DNA of 63,711 bases, counting the filler, from Octopus bimaculoides (taxonomy: Eukaryota), in the NCBI RefSeq assembly GCF_001194135.2. It is 6 parts of 6 records of this genome, joined end to end, with 100 filler letters (N's around TTAATTAATTAA, not from the genome) between each part and the next. Parts side by side here need not be neighbours in the genome. Positions count along the whole stretch, not along the records: positions 41,134 to 52,128 come from NC_069004.1; positions 52,229 to 58,041 come from NC_068990.1; positions 58,142 to 60,909 come from NC_068987.1; positions 61,010 to 63,711 come from NW_026321889.1; 2 more parts are not named here. One strand, 5' to 3'. The number at the start of each line of letters is the position of its first letter. The first letter of the stretch is position 1. Positions 50,288 to 63,389 of this stretch are shown here, piece after piece. The translations under genes and the position numbers were made by a program. Under the pieces are notes generated by a model, which saw nothing but the letters and a program-made list of their open reading frames with translations, was not told where the DNA came from and made no database searches.

Positions 50288-52128
50288 AGTACGACAGCAT
50301 AACGAAGGATCAATGGGCTTGCAGCCCGATCCGGAGTAAAATTGCAACGAAAAAGCATGGGAAATCATGCCCCCATGATCCCGGACCACGGGGGGAGAAT
50401 AAAGGATCAAATAGGGACGGAAAAAAATGAAACAGACTTGGACCGGAAATGGATAATGAGAAAGGATGCGGTAAAGGATTGGTAGACGAGGAATTCAGCT
50501 GCTGCGGAAAGGTGTTTGCTAGTTACATCGGGATCAGAATCCACCAAGGGAAGGTATGTCAGAAGAAAGTAATTCAACAGCGCTGGTTGATGAACCATAA
50601 GACGTGTGGCCAGAACCTCCGGGAAAATAACCACAGCGAGGGACATTCCACAGTTGAATTAGAACAGTCACAAACAGTGATAGGCGTGAAGAAGACAAAG
50701 ATTAAGTGGCTGAAAGCAAATGACGCAGCAAGTTATAAAAAATTTGACAACGAGGTATCAAGAATGACCACCAAATTCAAAGGCAACGACGAACAAAAGC
50801 TCGAGAACCTGGCTTATACAATCTACCAGGAAGGAGAGAAAAGATTTGGACTGGAAACAACAGGAAGGGTAGAATCACCGGCAAAGAGCGGACCATCGAG
50901 GAGAGAAAGACGGATTGCAAAGATTTGAGAAGAGAAGAAAAAACTCAGAACCAGATGGAGGGATGCAAAGGAGGAGGAAAGCGAAGGGCNNNNNNNNNNN
51001 NNNNNNNNNNNNNNNNNNNNNNNNNNNNNNNNNNNNNNNNNNNNNNNNNNNNNNNNNNNNNNNNNNNNNNNNNNNNNNNNNNNNNNNNNNNNNNNNNNNN
51101 NNNNNNNNNNNNNNNNNNNNNNNNNNNNNNNNNNNNNNNNNNNNNNNNNNNNNNNNNNNNNNNNNNNNNNNNNNNNNNNNNNNNNNNNNNNNNNNNNNNN
51201 NNNNNNNNNNNNNNNNNNNNNNNNNNNNNNNNNNNNNNNNNNNNNNNNNNNNNNNNNNNNNNNNNNNNNNNNNNNNNNNNNNNNNNNNNNACGGAAAGAA
51301 ATAGAAGAGTTCATAAAAAAAGCAAGAGCAAAAAGTTCACCAGGGAACGACGGTGTGAGCTACAAGGTTTACAAGTATTGCCCGAAATTGCGTTTACAGT
51401 TATTTTCATTGATAAGAGAAATGTGGAAGAAGAAACACGTAGCGGAGCGATGGTGTATAGCTGAAGGTATCTATTTACCTAAAGAGAAAGATGCAAAAAC
51501 ACTAGGACAATTTAGACCAATTTCATTATTAAATACTGACGGGAAAATCATGTTTGGAATCATTGCTAGACGAATCATAAGATTCATACAGCATAACGGG
51601 TACGTTAATGAAGCAATCCAAAAAGCTGGAATCCCTGGGTGCATAGAACACGCATTTGCCATCTGGGAAGCTATCACCTGTGCAGAATAACTGAAGAAAG
51701 ACCTGCACATTGTTTGGCTAGATCTTGCCAATGCATATGGATCTGTTCCACACGTGGTAATCAGAGCAGCGATGGACTTCTTTTGGATTCCAAAAGGTGT
51801 TCAACAAATGCTCATGTCCTACTACGACAACATGAGGATGAGATTTACAGCAGGAGAGTTCACAACGGAGTGGCAACGGCTAGAAGTAGGTATTGCAGCC
51901 GGATGCACGATATCAGTCATCTTATTCGTGCTAGTCATGGAGATGTTACTAAGGTCAACAAACTGTGAGAAAGCTGCTATAAAGACACCATTACGGGCTT
52001 TTATGGACGACATCACTCTACTATCGGAAAGTAGAGAAGCAGCAGAGGGAATGTTACAGCGGTTGGATGAACTAATAGGATGGGCAAGAATGAAATTCAA
52101 AGCCAAAAAATCTCGAAGCGTGGCTTTC
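50288..52128 (+). mobile_element. HERO-like (R2 group) non-LTR retrotransposon, 5' part; 3' end lost at the linker
   Basis: N-terminal CCGKVFASYIGIRIHQGKVC zinc finger, KIKWLKAND...KFD, EKRFG, RRERRI; RT motifs KARAKSSPGNDG, FRPISLLN, WLDLANAYGSVPH, GIAAGCTISVILF, AFMDD, WARMKFKAKKSRS. In-frame stops at 50926-50928 and 51688-51690. Confidence 0.88.
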
Positions 52129-52512
52129 NNNNNNNNNNNNNNNNNNNNNNNNNNNNNNNNNNNNNNNNNNNNTTAATTAATTAANNNNNNNNNNNNNNNN
52201 NNNNNNNNNNNNNNNNNNNNNNNNNNNNTATATATATATATATATATATGCATACATGCATACATGTGTGTGTGTGTGTGTGTATGCGTGTGTGTGTTTG
52301 TGAGAATCTGTATGGAGGTAATCTGTGAGATCACATACATATCTGTAGTAAGAATCGATAACATTATCCATATGAGTACAAAGACGCACCCATACACACT
52401 CACACACTCAAATAAACACAAAATCACTCTTGCGTACGCAGTAATTTACATACATAAAAAAAAAATATATATATATTCACGCTCAATCACACACACTCTC
52501 TCTCTCTCTCTT

Positions 52513-52569
<57 letters not shown>

Positions 52570-52675
52570 GAGTGGAAGCAGCTTATAATGGTAGATAATC
52601 TTATGAAATCGTTATTCTGATCAATAGTGAGCGTGTTCCAATAAACTTAGGATATCTCTTCTACCTATGAACCTC

Positions 52676-52731
<56 letters not shown>

Positions 52732-53415
52732 ACGTGTATAAGGGATGACTAGTAGGTGGACATCCAATATGCTAGAAAGAGGTCATCAACGAACTAGTGG
52801 TCATCCCTTATACACGTGTAATACAATTTTTTCTGAATTTTCAGATTTTTTTTATATGCTAGGCCAGTTGGATTTAAATTGAATTAACATTCAAGTTATC
52901 ACCCTATCTATATAAATATCTATATATATACATTATANNNNNNNNNNNNNNNNATAATAATAATAATAATATGTACGTATGTGCATACATGCACGAACAC
53001 ACAACATATTTACAAATGCACACAAACACTTACACACATATCCTCCACTTTTCTGGATAACTAAAGACATAACACAATTTAGCCATTTATGGAATTATTT
53101 TAAGTTTTGTGCAAACATTTCTTTTCTACCTTTCTTCCCTTTTCGTTATTGATTTTTAGTCTTCGATATATTTGATTATGTAATTTAAAAAAATGAACAA
53201 AATCTTGGATTTAATAAAATATTAAGAAGGACCTCACCTGTTTCACTCTGTATAATAAATTTAGGTTTTACATTTGAATAATATTTGTAATATCTACTTT
53301 ATTTATTTATTTTTTTTCTGAAATAACTATTTGAAATAAAATTGAATTTTAACATTCAGATAAATTATTCTTGTTGTTTTTTTGTTTTTTTTTTTATCTA
53401 GTAATAAGTTTGATC

Positions 53416-53612
53416 GTGTGTGTGTGTGTGTATGTGTGTCCTTGTTTTCCTGTTTGTTCCCCACCATCGCTTGAATTTGGTGTTGTTTCTTTATGTCCAT
53501 GTAACTTAGCGGTCCGGCAAAAAAGTCACCAATAGGCTTTAAAAAAAAAAGAAAAAAGTACTGAAGACTCTTCCCTAGTATGGTCCCAGTCCCGTGGTTG
53601 AAACAAGTAAAA
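53416..53612 (+). mobile_element. SINE family A, 3' half
   Basis: TGTTTGTTCCCCACCATCGCTTGA...GTAACTTAGCGGTCCGGCAAAA...GAAACAAGTAAAAG. Confidence 0.75.
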
Positions 53613-53760
53613 GCTAAAAACTGAAGATGTCGGAATTAAAATTCTGATATTTTAGAGTAAATTATAAAACTGTATGTTTTTCATTTTTTATTAGAAAAAT
53701 TAGCAGAACATGAATGAAATTTGATTTTCTATTGCAAAATTTTAATACCATTTATCTTGT

Positions 53761-54074
53761 ACTTTTTTCAGTCATTAGATTGCGCCGAACCGCTAAGTTA
53801 CGAGGACGTAAACACACTAACAGCGGTTGTCAAGTGACGGTGGGGGACAAGCACAGACACAGACATAATGACACACACACACATACACACACACACACAC
53901 ACACATACGACATGCTTCTTTCATTTTCCAACTATCACATCCACTAAGAAGCCTTCGGTCGACCCGTGGCTATATATAGTGGGAGACATTTGCTCAAGGT
54001 GCCACACAGTGGGACTGAACCTGAACCCGAAACCATGTGAGTGAAGAATAAGCGTCTTACAACACAGCCATGCC
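53761..54074 (-). mobile_element. SINE family A
   Basis: Matches 30461-30863 with a central (CA)n. Confidence 0.8.
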
Positions 54075-54361
54075 AAAAATTGAACACTTAATTATTACAA
54101 GTTGCGACTCAAATCTAAAGGAGCCAGTCTGCTTAAATCCATGATGAAAAATGTTCAAGGTAGAAGGTAGACCTATCATGGTTCCTGTTGCTTTTCTTTT
54201 TCTCAGCAAACCACATGTACACCTAATACGAGATAATCCAACGTGAATTTTATTTTCTTAAAGATGCTAAAGTGTGACTGGGTGGTATTTGGCTGTTATA
54301 TCTAACAGGTCAAGTAACTAATTATAAGATAGCTCACTGTCTCATTGTACTTAGTGTTCTG

Positions 54362-54443
54362 CTGTCATTGTCGTTGTTGTTGTTGCTGTTGTTGTTGTTG
54401 CTGTTGTTGTTGTTGCTGTTGTTGTTGTTGCTGTTGTTGTTGT
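54362..54443. repeat. (GTT)4GCT higher-order microsatellite
   Basis: Direct reading. Confidence 0.9.
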
Positions 54444-54687
54444 AAAGTCCAAGGTCACACCTCTTTCAGCATACACTTGATCACTAGGGTTTCTGCAAGG
54501 AGTGAATTAGGGTTAGGTGTTCTCTATGACCCATTATGAAACTCACATCTTAAAAATACTTGAGTGGAGTTCGAGTTAAGTATACATACATCAATACATG
54601 TATGTGTGTGTGTATATACACACACATTATATATACATGTGAGTGTATGAGTATATTTACAAATATATATATATTTATATATGTATG

Positions 54688-54756
<69 letters not shown>

Positions 54757-54759
<3 letters not shown>

Positions 54760-55095
54760 CTCAGGTGTAGGCGTGGTTGTATTGTAAGAAAATTGCTTCC
54801 CTATTTCATGGTTCTGGGAGTTCAGTCCCACGGTGTGGCACCTTGGGCAAGTGTCTTCTGCTATAGCCTCGGGCCTACCAAATTTTGGATTTGGTAGATG
54901 GAAACTGATTTGTGTGTCTGCGTTTGTCCTCCACCCACCATCGCTTGACAACCGGTGTTGGTGTCTTTATGTCCCCGTAACCTAGCGGTTTGGAAAAAGG
55001 GACCGAGACAATAAATACCAGGCTTACAAAGAATAAATCCTGGGCCGATTTGTTCATCTAAAGGCTCAAATGACTGAAACTAGTAAAAATAAAAG
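54757..55095 (+). mobile_element. SINE family A, near full length
   Basis: Head GGAGTTCAGTCCCACGGTGTGGCACCTTGGGCAAGTGTCTTC; tail AAATGACTGAAACTAGTAAAA. Confidence 0.85.
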
Positions 55096-55169
55096 AATAT
55101 ATGTGATTGTGTATATATTCGTATATAAATATACATATATAGATGTCTATCTATCTATCTATCTCTCTA

Positions 55170-55214
<45 letters not shown>

Positions 55215-55250
55215 ATATACGCACATATATGCTCGTGTGTGTGTATATAC

Positions 55251-55307
<57 letters not shown>

Positions 55308-55702
55308 NNNNNNNNNNNNNNNNNNNNNNNNNNNNNNNNNNNNNNNNNNNNNNNNNNNNNNNNNNNNNNNNNNNNNNNNNNNNNNNNNNNNNNNNNNNNN
55401 NNNNNNNNNNNNNNNNNNNNNNNNNNNNNNNNNNNNNNNNNNNNNNNNNNNNNNNNNNNNNNNNNNNNNNNNNNNNNNNNNNNNNNNNNNNNNNNNNNNN
55501 NNNNNNNNNNNNNNNNNNNNNNNNNNNNNNNNNNNNNNNNNNNNNNNNNNNNNNNNNNNNNNNNNNNNNNNNNNNNNNNNNNNNNNNNNNNNNNNNNNNN
55601 NNNNNNNNNNNNNNNNNNNNNNNNNNNNNNNNNNNNNNNNNNNNNNNNNNNNNNNNNNNNNNNNNNNNNNNNNNNNNNNNNNNNNNNNNNNNNNNNNNNN
55701 NN

Positions 55703-55747
<45 letters not shown>

Positions 55748-56058
55748 CATACATATATATACACTCAAGTATATATCCACACGTGAAATACTAACATGAC
55801 GCAATGTCATTGAGGATAAAGTGATGGAAAATTTACATTCGAATGTTACGCAGACACCCATTGAGGCTCAATACTGATTTCTGTAGAACAATTCGAGAAG
55901 TTTCCTCACTGATCATTATTTGTTGATAAGAATTACAGGATTACATACATCATCGGTTCAAAATACTCGACCTGCAGCTTAAAGTTCTTTATGAAAATAT
56001 CTATCTGTCTGTCTGTCTGCTTTCCCTTTTTATATGCTTGTGTAAGACATATTCGAAT

Positions 56059-56270
56059 TAAGGCGATGAGCTAGCGGACACGTTAGTACGCCGGGTAAAA
56101 TGCTTAGCAGTATTTCGTCCGTCTTAACGTTCTGAGTTCAAATTCCGTCGAAGTCAACTTTGTCTGTCATCCTTTTTGAGATCGATAAAATAAATACCTA
56201 TTACGAATTGAGGTTTAATTACATCATACCCAGACATTGCTGGCCTTGTGCCAAAGTTTAAAACCAATAT
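56059..56270 (+). mobile_element. SINE family B
   Basis: GGCGATGAGCTAGCGG...CGTTCTGAGTTCAAATTCCG...GATCGATAAAATAAATACC...GGCCTTGTGCC. Confidence 0.85.
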
Positions 56271-56611
56271 TTATGTACTTGTGTAAAGTGCAATCACAAA
56301 ATTAACGCGGTGCTAAATTTTCGAACTTACAAATAAATATATTTTATCCGGTCGTCCTCTACATTTCATACTTTTCCTCCTCAATGCTATGTAATCCATG
56401 CAATTTCAGCTCGGATGTTTTTTTCTATTATTTTGTACATATATGAGTACGGATGTACTTGTATACATATATACGTCACGTATGTGCATATATATCTGTG
56501 CATCTCTGTGTACACACACAAACAAATATTCATATTACTGTCATGCAAGTGGTGTTTTACCTATATGTATGTATATGTGTATATATACATATACATATAT
56601 AAATGTGTGTG

Positions 56612-56673
<62 letters not shown>

Positions 56674-56765
56674 CATATACATGAATATATTAATTATTTC
56701 ATACATATATATATATATACATATTTATATGCACATATATATATATTTATATATATATACAGATA

Positions 56766-56806
<41 letters not shown>

Positions 56807-57904
56807 NNNNNNNNNNNNNNNNNNNNNNNNNNNNNNNNNNNNNNNNNNNNNNNNNNNNNNNNNNNNNNNNNNNNNNNNNNNNNNNNNNNNNNNNNNNNNN
56901 NNNNNNNNNNNNNNNNNNNNNNNNNNNNNNNNNNNNNNNNNNNNNNNNNNNNNNNNNNNNNNNNNNNNNNNNNNNNNNNNNNNNNNNNNNNNNNNNNNNN
57001 NNNNNNNNNNNNNNNNNNNNNNNNNNNNNNNNNNNNNNNNNNNNNNNNNNNNNNNNNNNNNNNNNNNNNNNNNNNNNNNNNNNNNNNNNNNNNNNNNNNN
57101 NNNNNNNNNNNNNNNNNNNNNNNNNNNNNNNNNNNNNNNNNNNNNNNNNNNNNNNNNNNNNNNNNNNNNNNNNNNNNNNNNNNNNNNNNNNNNNNNNNNN
57201 NNNNNNNNNNNNNNNNNNNNNNNNNNNNNNNNNNNNNNNNNNNNNNNNNNNNNNNNNNNNNNNNNNNNNNNNNNNNNNNNNNNNNNNNNNNNNNNNNNNN
57301 NNNNNNNNNNNNNNNNNNNNNNNNNNNNNNNNNNNNNNNNNNNNNNNNNNNNNNNNNNNNNNNNNNNNNNNNNNNNNNNNNNNNNNNNNNNNNNNNNNNN
57401 NNNNNNNNNNNNNNNNNNNNNNNNNNNNNNNNNNNNNNNNNNNNNNNNNNNNNNNNNNNNNNNNNNNNNNNNNNNNNNNNNNNNNNNNNNNNNNNNNNNN
57501 NNNNNNNNNNNNNNNNNNNNNNNNNNNNNNNNNNNNNNNNNNNTATATATATATATATACATACACACATACATACATACATACATACATACATACATAC
57601 ACACACTCACACACACATATACACACGTATGTATGTATGTTTGTATGTATGTAATGTATGTATGTATGTATAAACGTATACGCAAATGCGCGCGCACATA
57701 GGTATTGAGTTTTGCGAGCTGAAACGATATCCCAAATCATTAATGCGTTTTACTGACATCGGAGTCGCAGTGAAATTTTTTTAACATCAATAGAACTAAA
57801 TATTCATGTCAATTTTTGATGAATGGAGTACGTTGTGTTTCCCACCCTGGTTGCACTTATGTTCTCTCTTTCTCTTTGTATCTCTTTCTTTGTCACACAC
57901 GCGT

Positions 57905-57950
57905 GTATATCTATCTATCTATCTACCTATCTATCTATCTATCTATCTAC

Positions 57951-58040
<90 letters not shown>

Positions 58041-58041
58041 G
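57905..58041. repeat. (TATC)n/(TGTC)n microsatellite; similar (TATC)n at ~52678-52731
   Basis: Direct reading. Confidence 0.9.
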
Positions 58042-58141
58042 NNNNNNNNNNNNNNNNNNNNNNNNNNNNNNNNNNNNNNNNNNNNTTAATTAATTAANNN
58101 NNNNNNNNNNNNNNNNNNNNNNNNNNNNNNNNNNNNNNNNN

Positions 58142-58188
<47 letters not shown>

Positions 58189-58588
58189 ACATGCATATAT
58201 TAATATATATGTATATCAATATAATATATTATATATTATACACACACACACATGTATATTCGGGACATGCGTCATATATCATACTACAATATGGGCCAAA
58301 AGGTAGCACAGAGGCAGCTTGGCACCGATGGAAAGAAATAAATTGCCTGAAAATGTCCGAATCTCTGTAATTTCCTGTTGACAACTGACGAAGTGATTGT
58401 CCCGCAGTTCCATTTGCATCTAAAATAATAAACTCCATCTTCATATACATACAAGTGCATAATCTAACACACATACACAAACTCATACACACACACATAC
58501 ATACAGAGAGGGAGTGAGGGGAAAGAATGTATACATACAAAGAGATTTATATATATATATACTTTCAGTTGCATACATTCATATGTGG

Positions 58589-58632
<44 letters not shown>

Positions 58633-58803
58633 ATGTGTGTATATATACATATATATATGTGTGTGTGTGTGTGTGTCTGTGCATGAGTGTACGTATGTAT
58701 ATATTCAAATTTGATGAGATGTGATATATATATATATATGATTGACCGTTGACTGAACGCTATTGAATTTTTTTTCTCCGTGTTTTTCTCCTTGTCTCCG
58801 TAT

Positions 58804-58840
58804 TCTTTCTGTTGAAGAGCGTAGCTCGAAACGTCAAAGA
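58804..58840 (+). ncRNA. Minimal hammerhead-like motif (family 3) within a pLTR-like repeat (~58760-58934)
   Basis: TCTTT CTGTTGA A GAGC-GTA-GCTC GAAA CG T C AAAGA: perfect 5-bp stem I, 4-bp stem II, palindromic ACGU stem III, GUC site, core A6>U. Confidence 0.7.
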
Positions 58841-60851
58841 CTTTCCGTATTCCCGAGCGTCATACTAATATATACTTTTGTTATTTACACCACCTGTCCT
58901 CGTCTGTTGTTATTTTTTGTATATTCTCCCATATNNNNNNNNNNNNNNNNNNNNNNNNNNNNNNNNNNNNNNNNNNNNNNNNNNNNNNNNNNNNNNNNNN
59001 NNNNNNNNNNNNNNNNNNNNNNNNNNNNNNNNNNNNNNNNNNNNNNNNNNNNNNNNNNNNNNNNNNNNNNNNNNNNNNNNNNNNNNNNNNNNNNNNNNNN
59101 NNNNNNNNNNNNNNNNNNNNNNNNNNNNNNNNNNNNNNNNNNNNNNNNNNNNNNNNNNNNNNNNNNNNNNNNNNNNNNNNNNNNNNNNNNNNNNNNNNNN
59201 NNNNNNNNNNNNNNNNNNNNNNNNNNNNNNNNNNNNNNNNNNNNNNNNNNNNNNNNNNNNNNNNNNNNNNNNNNNNNNNNNNNNNNNNNNNNNNNNNNNN
59301 NNNNNNNNNNNNNNNNNNNNNNNNNNNNNNNNNNNNNNNNNNNNNNNNNNNNNNNNNNNNNNNNNNNNNNNNNNNGCTCGTGTGTTCTCGTCTACGTTTG
59401 TTTGCAATGTCCTGTACCCAGATATGCACCTATACATACAGGTGGATGTCTGTATGCACATACCTGTACGTATATATGCATATACTCATTTACTATTTGT
59501 TTTATATATATATATATATATATATTGTAACGATAGCCTTCACTTTTCAGTGAATCTGTCTCTGCAACCTGTTGCATTCTTCCACTATTTTATGTGTCTA
59601 CGCATAGACATCCTCTCGGCCCTCCCACTCTTGACTGTGTGAAACATCGTGAATGTGAAATAGAGAATATGCGAGGCTGTCACAGGATTCAGCTTGTACT
59701 TATTCTGAGTAAACTGCCTGAACGTGTACTTTCATGCCTTGCTCAACGATCGAATTCAACTCCTGGTCCAGGAATCGAATCAATGACCTTGTAATAGTAA
59801 GTGTGAATAGCCGCACACACATCATTCATATACAAACACTCACATCTCTTTCTATTTCTCTCTCAGTTACTTTCTCTCTCTCTCTCTTACTCTCACTCGT
59901 TCCCTCTCTTTCTATCCCTCCCTCTTTCTCCCGCTCTTTCCCCCCTCCCTCTCTCTGACATTGTATATACGTACGTCTGTGAGTTTCCATGCATATATTT
60001 ATATTTATAATATATACTTCACACATACACATACACACACAGGCACACGCACATATACACGCATATACACTCACATACACATACATACACACACACACAC
60101 ACATATATACATATACACAGACATACACACACACACACACACATATATATATATGTATATTTATAAAGGTGTATATGTATCTATGCATTTCTAGTCATTA
60201 TTTCTGTATATGTCTACGTGTATGAAACACACCCACATTAGCATATGAACAAAGAGAATGAACGAGAGAGTAAGGGACTGATACGGAAAGAGAGATGGGT
60301 CACAGCTAGAGAATGACTGAGAAGAAAGTAATCAGAAGTAACAGTCGAAATCATGAACTCCAATTTTTATGTATGTAGTTTCTGAATGTCACGGATGTAA
60401 AAGGTAGAGGTCGTGATTGAAAATCGTGTTGTGGACTTGGTGGAAATCAGGTTGTCGTGGTTAAAGTCTTACGTGGATGATGTATATTACAATAGATATA
60501 CACCAAGAATTCTGGTTTAAAAAAAAATTCCGATATGAAAATCTGTACCATATATATATTTATGACTAAATTTGTTGTTTTAGAAAATTCTCCAGGTATT
60601 AAAATAGTAATTCTATAGGCCAGAGGAAATTGGCAGGGAAATTTTTCCTAAAATCTCACCCTTGCATTGAAAAAAAGAAGCAGGTAGATTGTATTCAAGA
60701 ATATAATCAATATAAGACGTAATTGGAAGACTGGGACAAATTTTGATTAAAGATCTGCTTGCACAGGGTTGAACAAGACAACATTATTCTTTGTATAGGA
60801 GGTCCTACATTGCGAAGAGATAGACAAATGTGAACAGATTTATTGATAATG

Positions 60852-60909
<58 letters not shown>

Positions 60910-61177
60910 NNNNNNNNNNNNNNNNNNNNNNNNNNNNNNNNNNNNNNNNNNNNTTAATTAATTAANNNNNNNNNNNNNNNNNNNNNNNNNNNNNNNNNNN
61001 NNNNNNNNNTTTTCAAAATTGTCAGTTTCAAAGTGAGAATCGCAATTTTTGTAATATTTTTTTCCTGTTTCTTCCGCCATTAAAAACAACGAGTTGCTCA
61101 GACAGCCGGTACATACCGTTTCGCTGGCAACAAGGATAGTCAACCCAAACCGTCGCTATGCTGTCTCTCTTCTTTCC

Positions 61178-61244
<67 letters not shown>

Positions 61245-61413
61245 TTCTGTGCCCCTCTCTCAATAGATAGAGAGCCAATACGATTATTTTAAAGCAACAG
61301 TTGTCAAATGCAAAAAGCGAAAGAACTGTTAAGACATACATATATACATACAATAATACCTCCCCTTCCTTCCCCCTCCTCGGAACTTTCGCACCCTCCT
61401 TGCAACTTTTCAG

Positions 61414-61540
61414 GTGGGCTTCTTTTAGTTTCCTTTTGTTGGCTCGAGGTTATAGTAGAAAACACTTGCCTAAGGTGCCACGCAGTAGAACTGAACCATG
61501 TGGTTGAGAAGCAAGATTCTTCGAACACAGCCACGCCTGT
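61414..61540 (-). mobile_element. SINE family A, 5' half with deletion
   Basis: TATAGTAGAAAACACTTGCCTAAGGTGCCACGCAGTAGAACTGAACC. Confidence 0.8.
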
Positions 61541-61939
61541 CAGAAAATGGAATATACGCGAACCTTTATTGCTCACAACGATGAGTTGAAGCAATCGTTG
61601 TGACCAATAAATCTTCTCATATATATATATATGCATTTTATGTATAGAAATCAGAGTAACCTTCATAATTTTATTGAATTAGTTGCATATTTTACCATAA
61701 AAGGAAAATATTGCTATCGATCTATTTTATTCAAGGTATGCACTGCCTACCTTACCTACCTAAGCGGCACGTCCCTGGTATGTATGCATGCATGCATGCA
61801 CATAGGTAGGTAGGTGGGTAGGTAAGTAGGTGGGTAGGTAGGTAGGTATATGCATGTATGTAAGTGTACGTATTAAACATGTATGTGTGTATGTATTTCT
61901 TATGGGTATGTGCGAATATATATATATATGTATGTATGC

Positions 61940-61985
<46 letters not shown>

Positions 61986-61988
61986 GAA

Positions 61989-62268
61989 AAACGCAGGATA
62001 ATGTTAATAATATAAGCCTGAACAGGATAAGCTACCCCTATTTTGCAGAAAAAATTGTAGGTGGCCAGCTATGAGACTCGAACTCACACCTCCGTGATTA
62101 CGCGTCGCAGTGCTCTAGACCGATTAAGCTAAACTGCCCCACCACAAATTCTTCCGCAAATTTAAGATATATGAGACGATATCATACGTTAAATTCAAAT
62201 TACGATGAACTGCAAAATAGGGGTAGCTTATCCTGTTCAGGCTATATTATTAGCATTATCCTGTGTTT
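61989..62268. mobile_element. ~280-bp element with ~60-bp terminal inverted repeats enclosing a tRNA-like sequence
   Basis: 61989-62048 vs reverse complement of 62210-62268: 2 mismatches + 1 indel. No clear TSD. Confidence 0.8.
62064..62138 (-). tRNA. tRNA-like pseudogene or Pol III unit (loop CGCGTAA, putative CGT/Thr anticodon)
   Basis: GGCAGTT-TA-GCTT AATCGGTCTA GAGC-A-CTGCGA CGCGTAA TCACGG-AGGT-GTGAG TTCGAGT CTCAT-AGCTGGC: A box, B box, D and T arms pair; mismatches in acceptor and anticodon stems; non-canonical G33. Confidence 0.55.
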
Positions 62269-63090
62269 AAGAATTTAAAATCACTTCTGTAACTTTCTAA
62301 GACATCTCTCAACGCTTCTAAAAGCGACTAAAGGAGACTACGGCAGCGGTACTGGAAATTAATAGTTATCGCCAAGCCAACATGGCAGTCCCAAAATTAG
62401 GACGAAAGCTGCCGTGAATTAGCTCCAAGAAGCCATCGCCTCTAGCTAGCTATGTGACACACGAAACCTGTGTCCTTTATAACCTTCGAACAGGGGAGGT
62501 CAGCAGTGTCCCCCTGCTGGTTTGGCATCTGCAGACTAGTTTCAGGGTGTTGCCCCTTGTCAATGCAGAGCAGCCAAGCCCTAGCCAGGCGGCGCTATGT
62601 ATGTATGTATAAATATGCATACATATTTATATTTATGTNNNNNNNNNNNNNNNNNNNNNNNNNNNNNNNNNNNNNNNNNNNNNNNNNNNNNNNNNNNNNN
62701 NNNNNNNNNNNNNNNNNNNNNNNNNNNNNNNNNNNNNNNNNNNNNNNNNNNNNNNNNNNNNNNNNNNNNNNNNNNNNNNNNNNNNNNNNNNNNNNNNNNN
62801 NNNNNNNNNNNNNNNNNNNNNNNNNNNNNNNNNNNNNNNNNNNNNNNNNNNNNNNNNNNNNNNNNNNNNNNNNNNNNNNNNNNNNNNNNNNNNNNNNNNN
62901 NNNNNNNNNNNNNNNNNNNNNNNNNNNNNNNNNNNNNNNNNNNNNNNNNNNNNNNNNNNNNNNNNNNNNNNNNNNNNNNNNNNNNNNNNNNNNNNNNNNN
63001 NNNNNNNNNNNNNNNNNNNNNNNNNNNNNNNNNNNNNNNNNNNNNNNNNNNNNNNNNNNNNNNNNNNNNNNNNNNNNNNNNNNNNNNNNN

Positions 63091-63116
63091 TAATAATAAT
63101 AGTAATAATAATAATA

Positions 63117-63158
<42 letters not shown>

Positions 63159-63288
63159 GTAGTAATAATAATAATAATAATAATAACAATAATAGTAGTA
63201 GTAATAATAATAATAGTAATAATAATATTAATAATAATAATAATAATAATAGTAATAGTAATAATAACAATAATAGTAATAGTAATAA

Positions 63289-63353
<65 letters not shown>

Positions 63354-63389
63354 ATAATGATAATAATAATAATAATAATAATAATAATT
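63091..63389. repeat. (AAT/AGT)n microsatellite
   Basis: Direct reading. Confidence 0.95.

Noticed and set aside
62064-62138. Functional tRNA gene
   Set aside because: Acceptor and anticodon stem mismatches, G at position 33 and no downstream T-run terminator; kept only as tRNA-like.
62384-62418. GGCAGTCC...GGACGAAAGCTGCC hairpin as a hammerhead or HDV-like ribozyme
   Set aside because: It has a stem plus GAAA but no CUGANGA core, and I could not build an HDV double pseudoknot.
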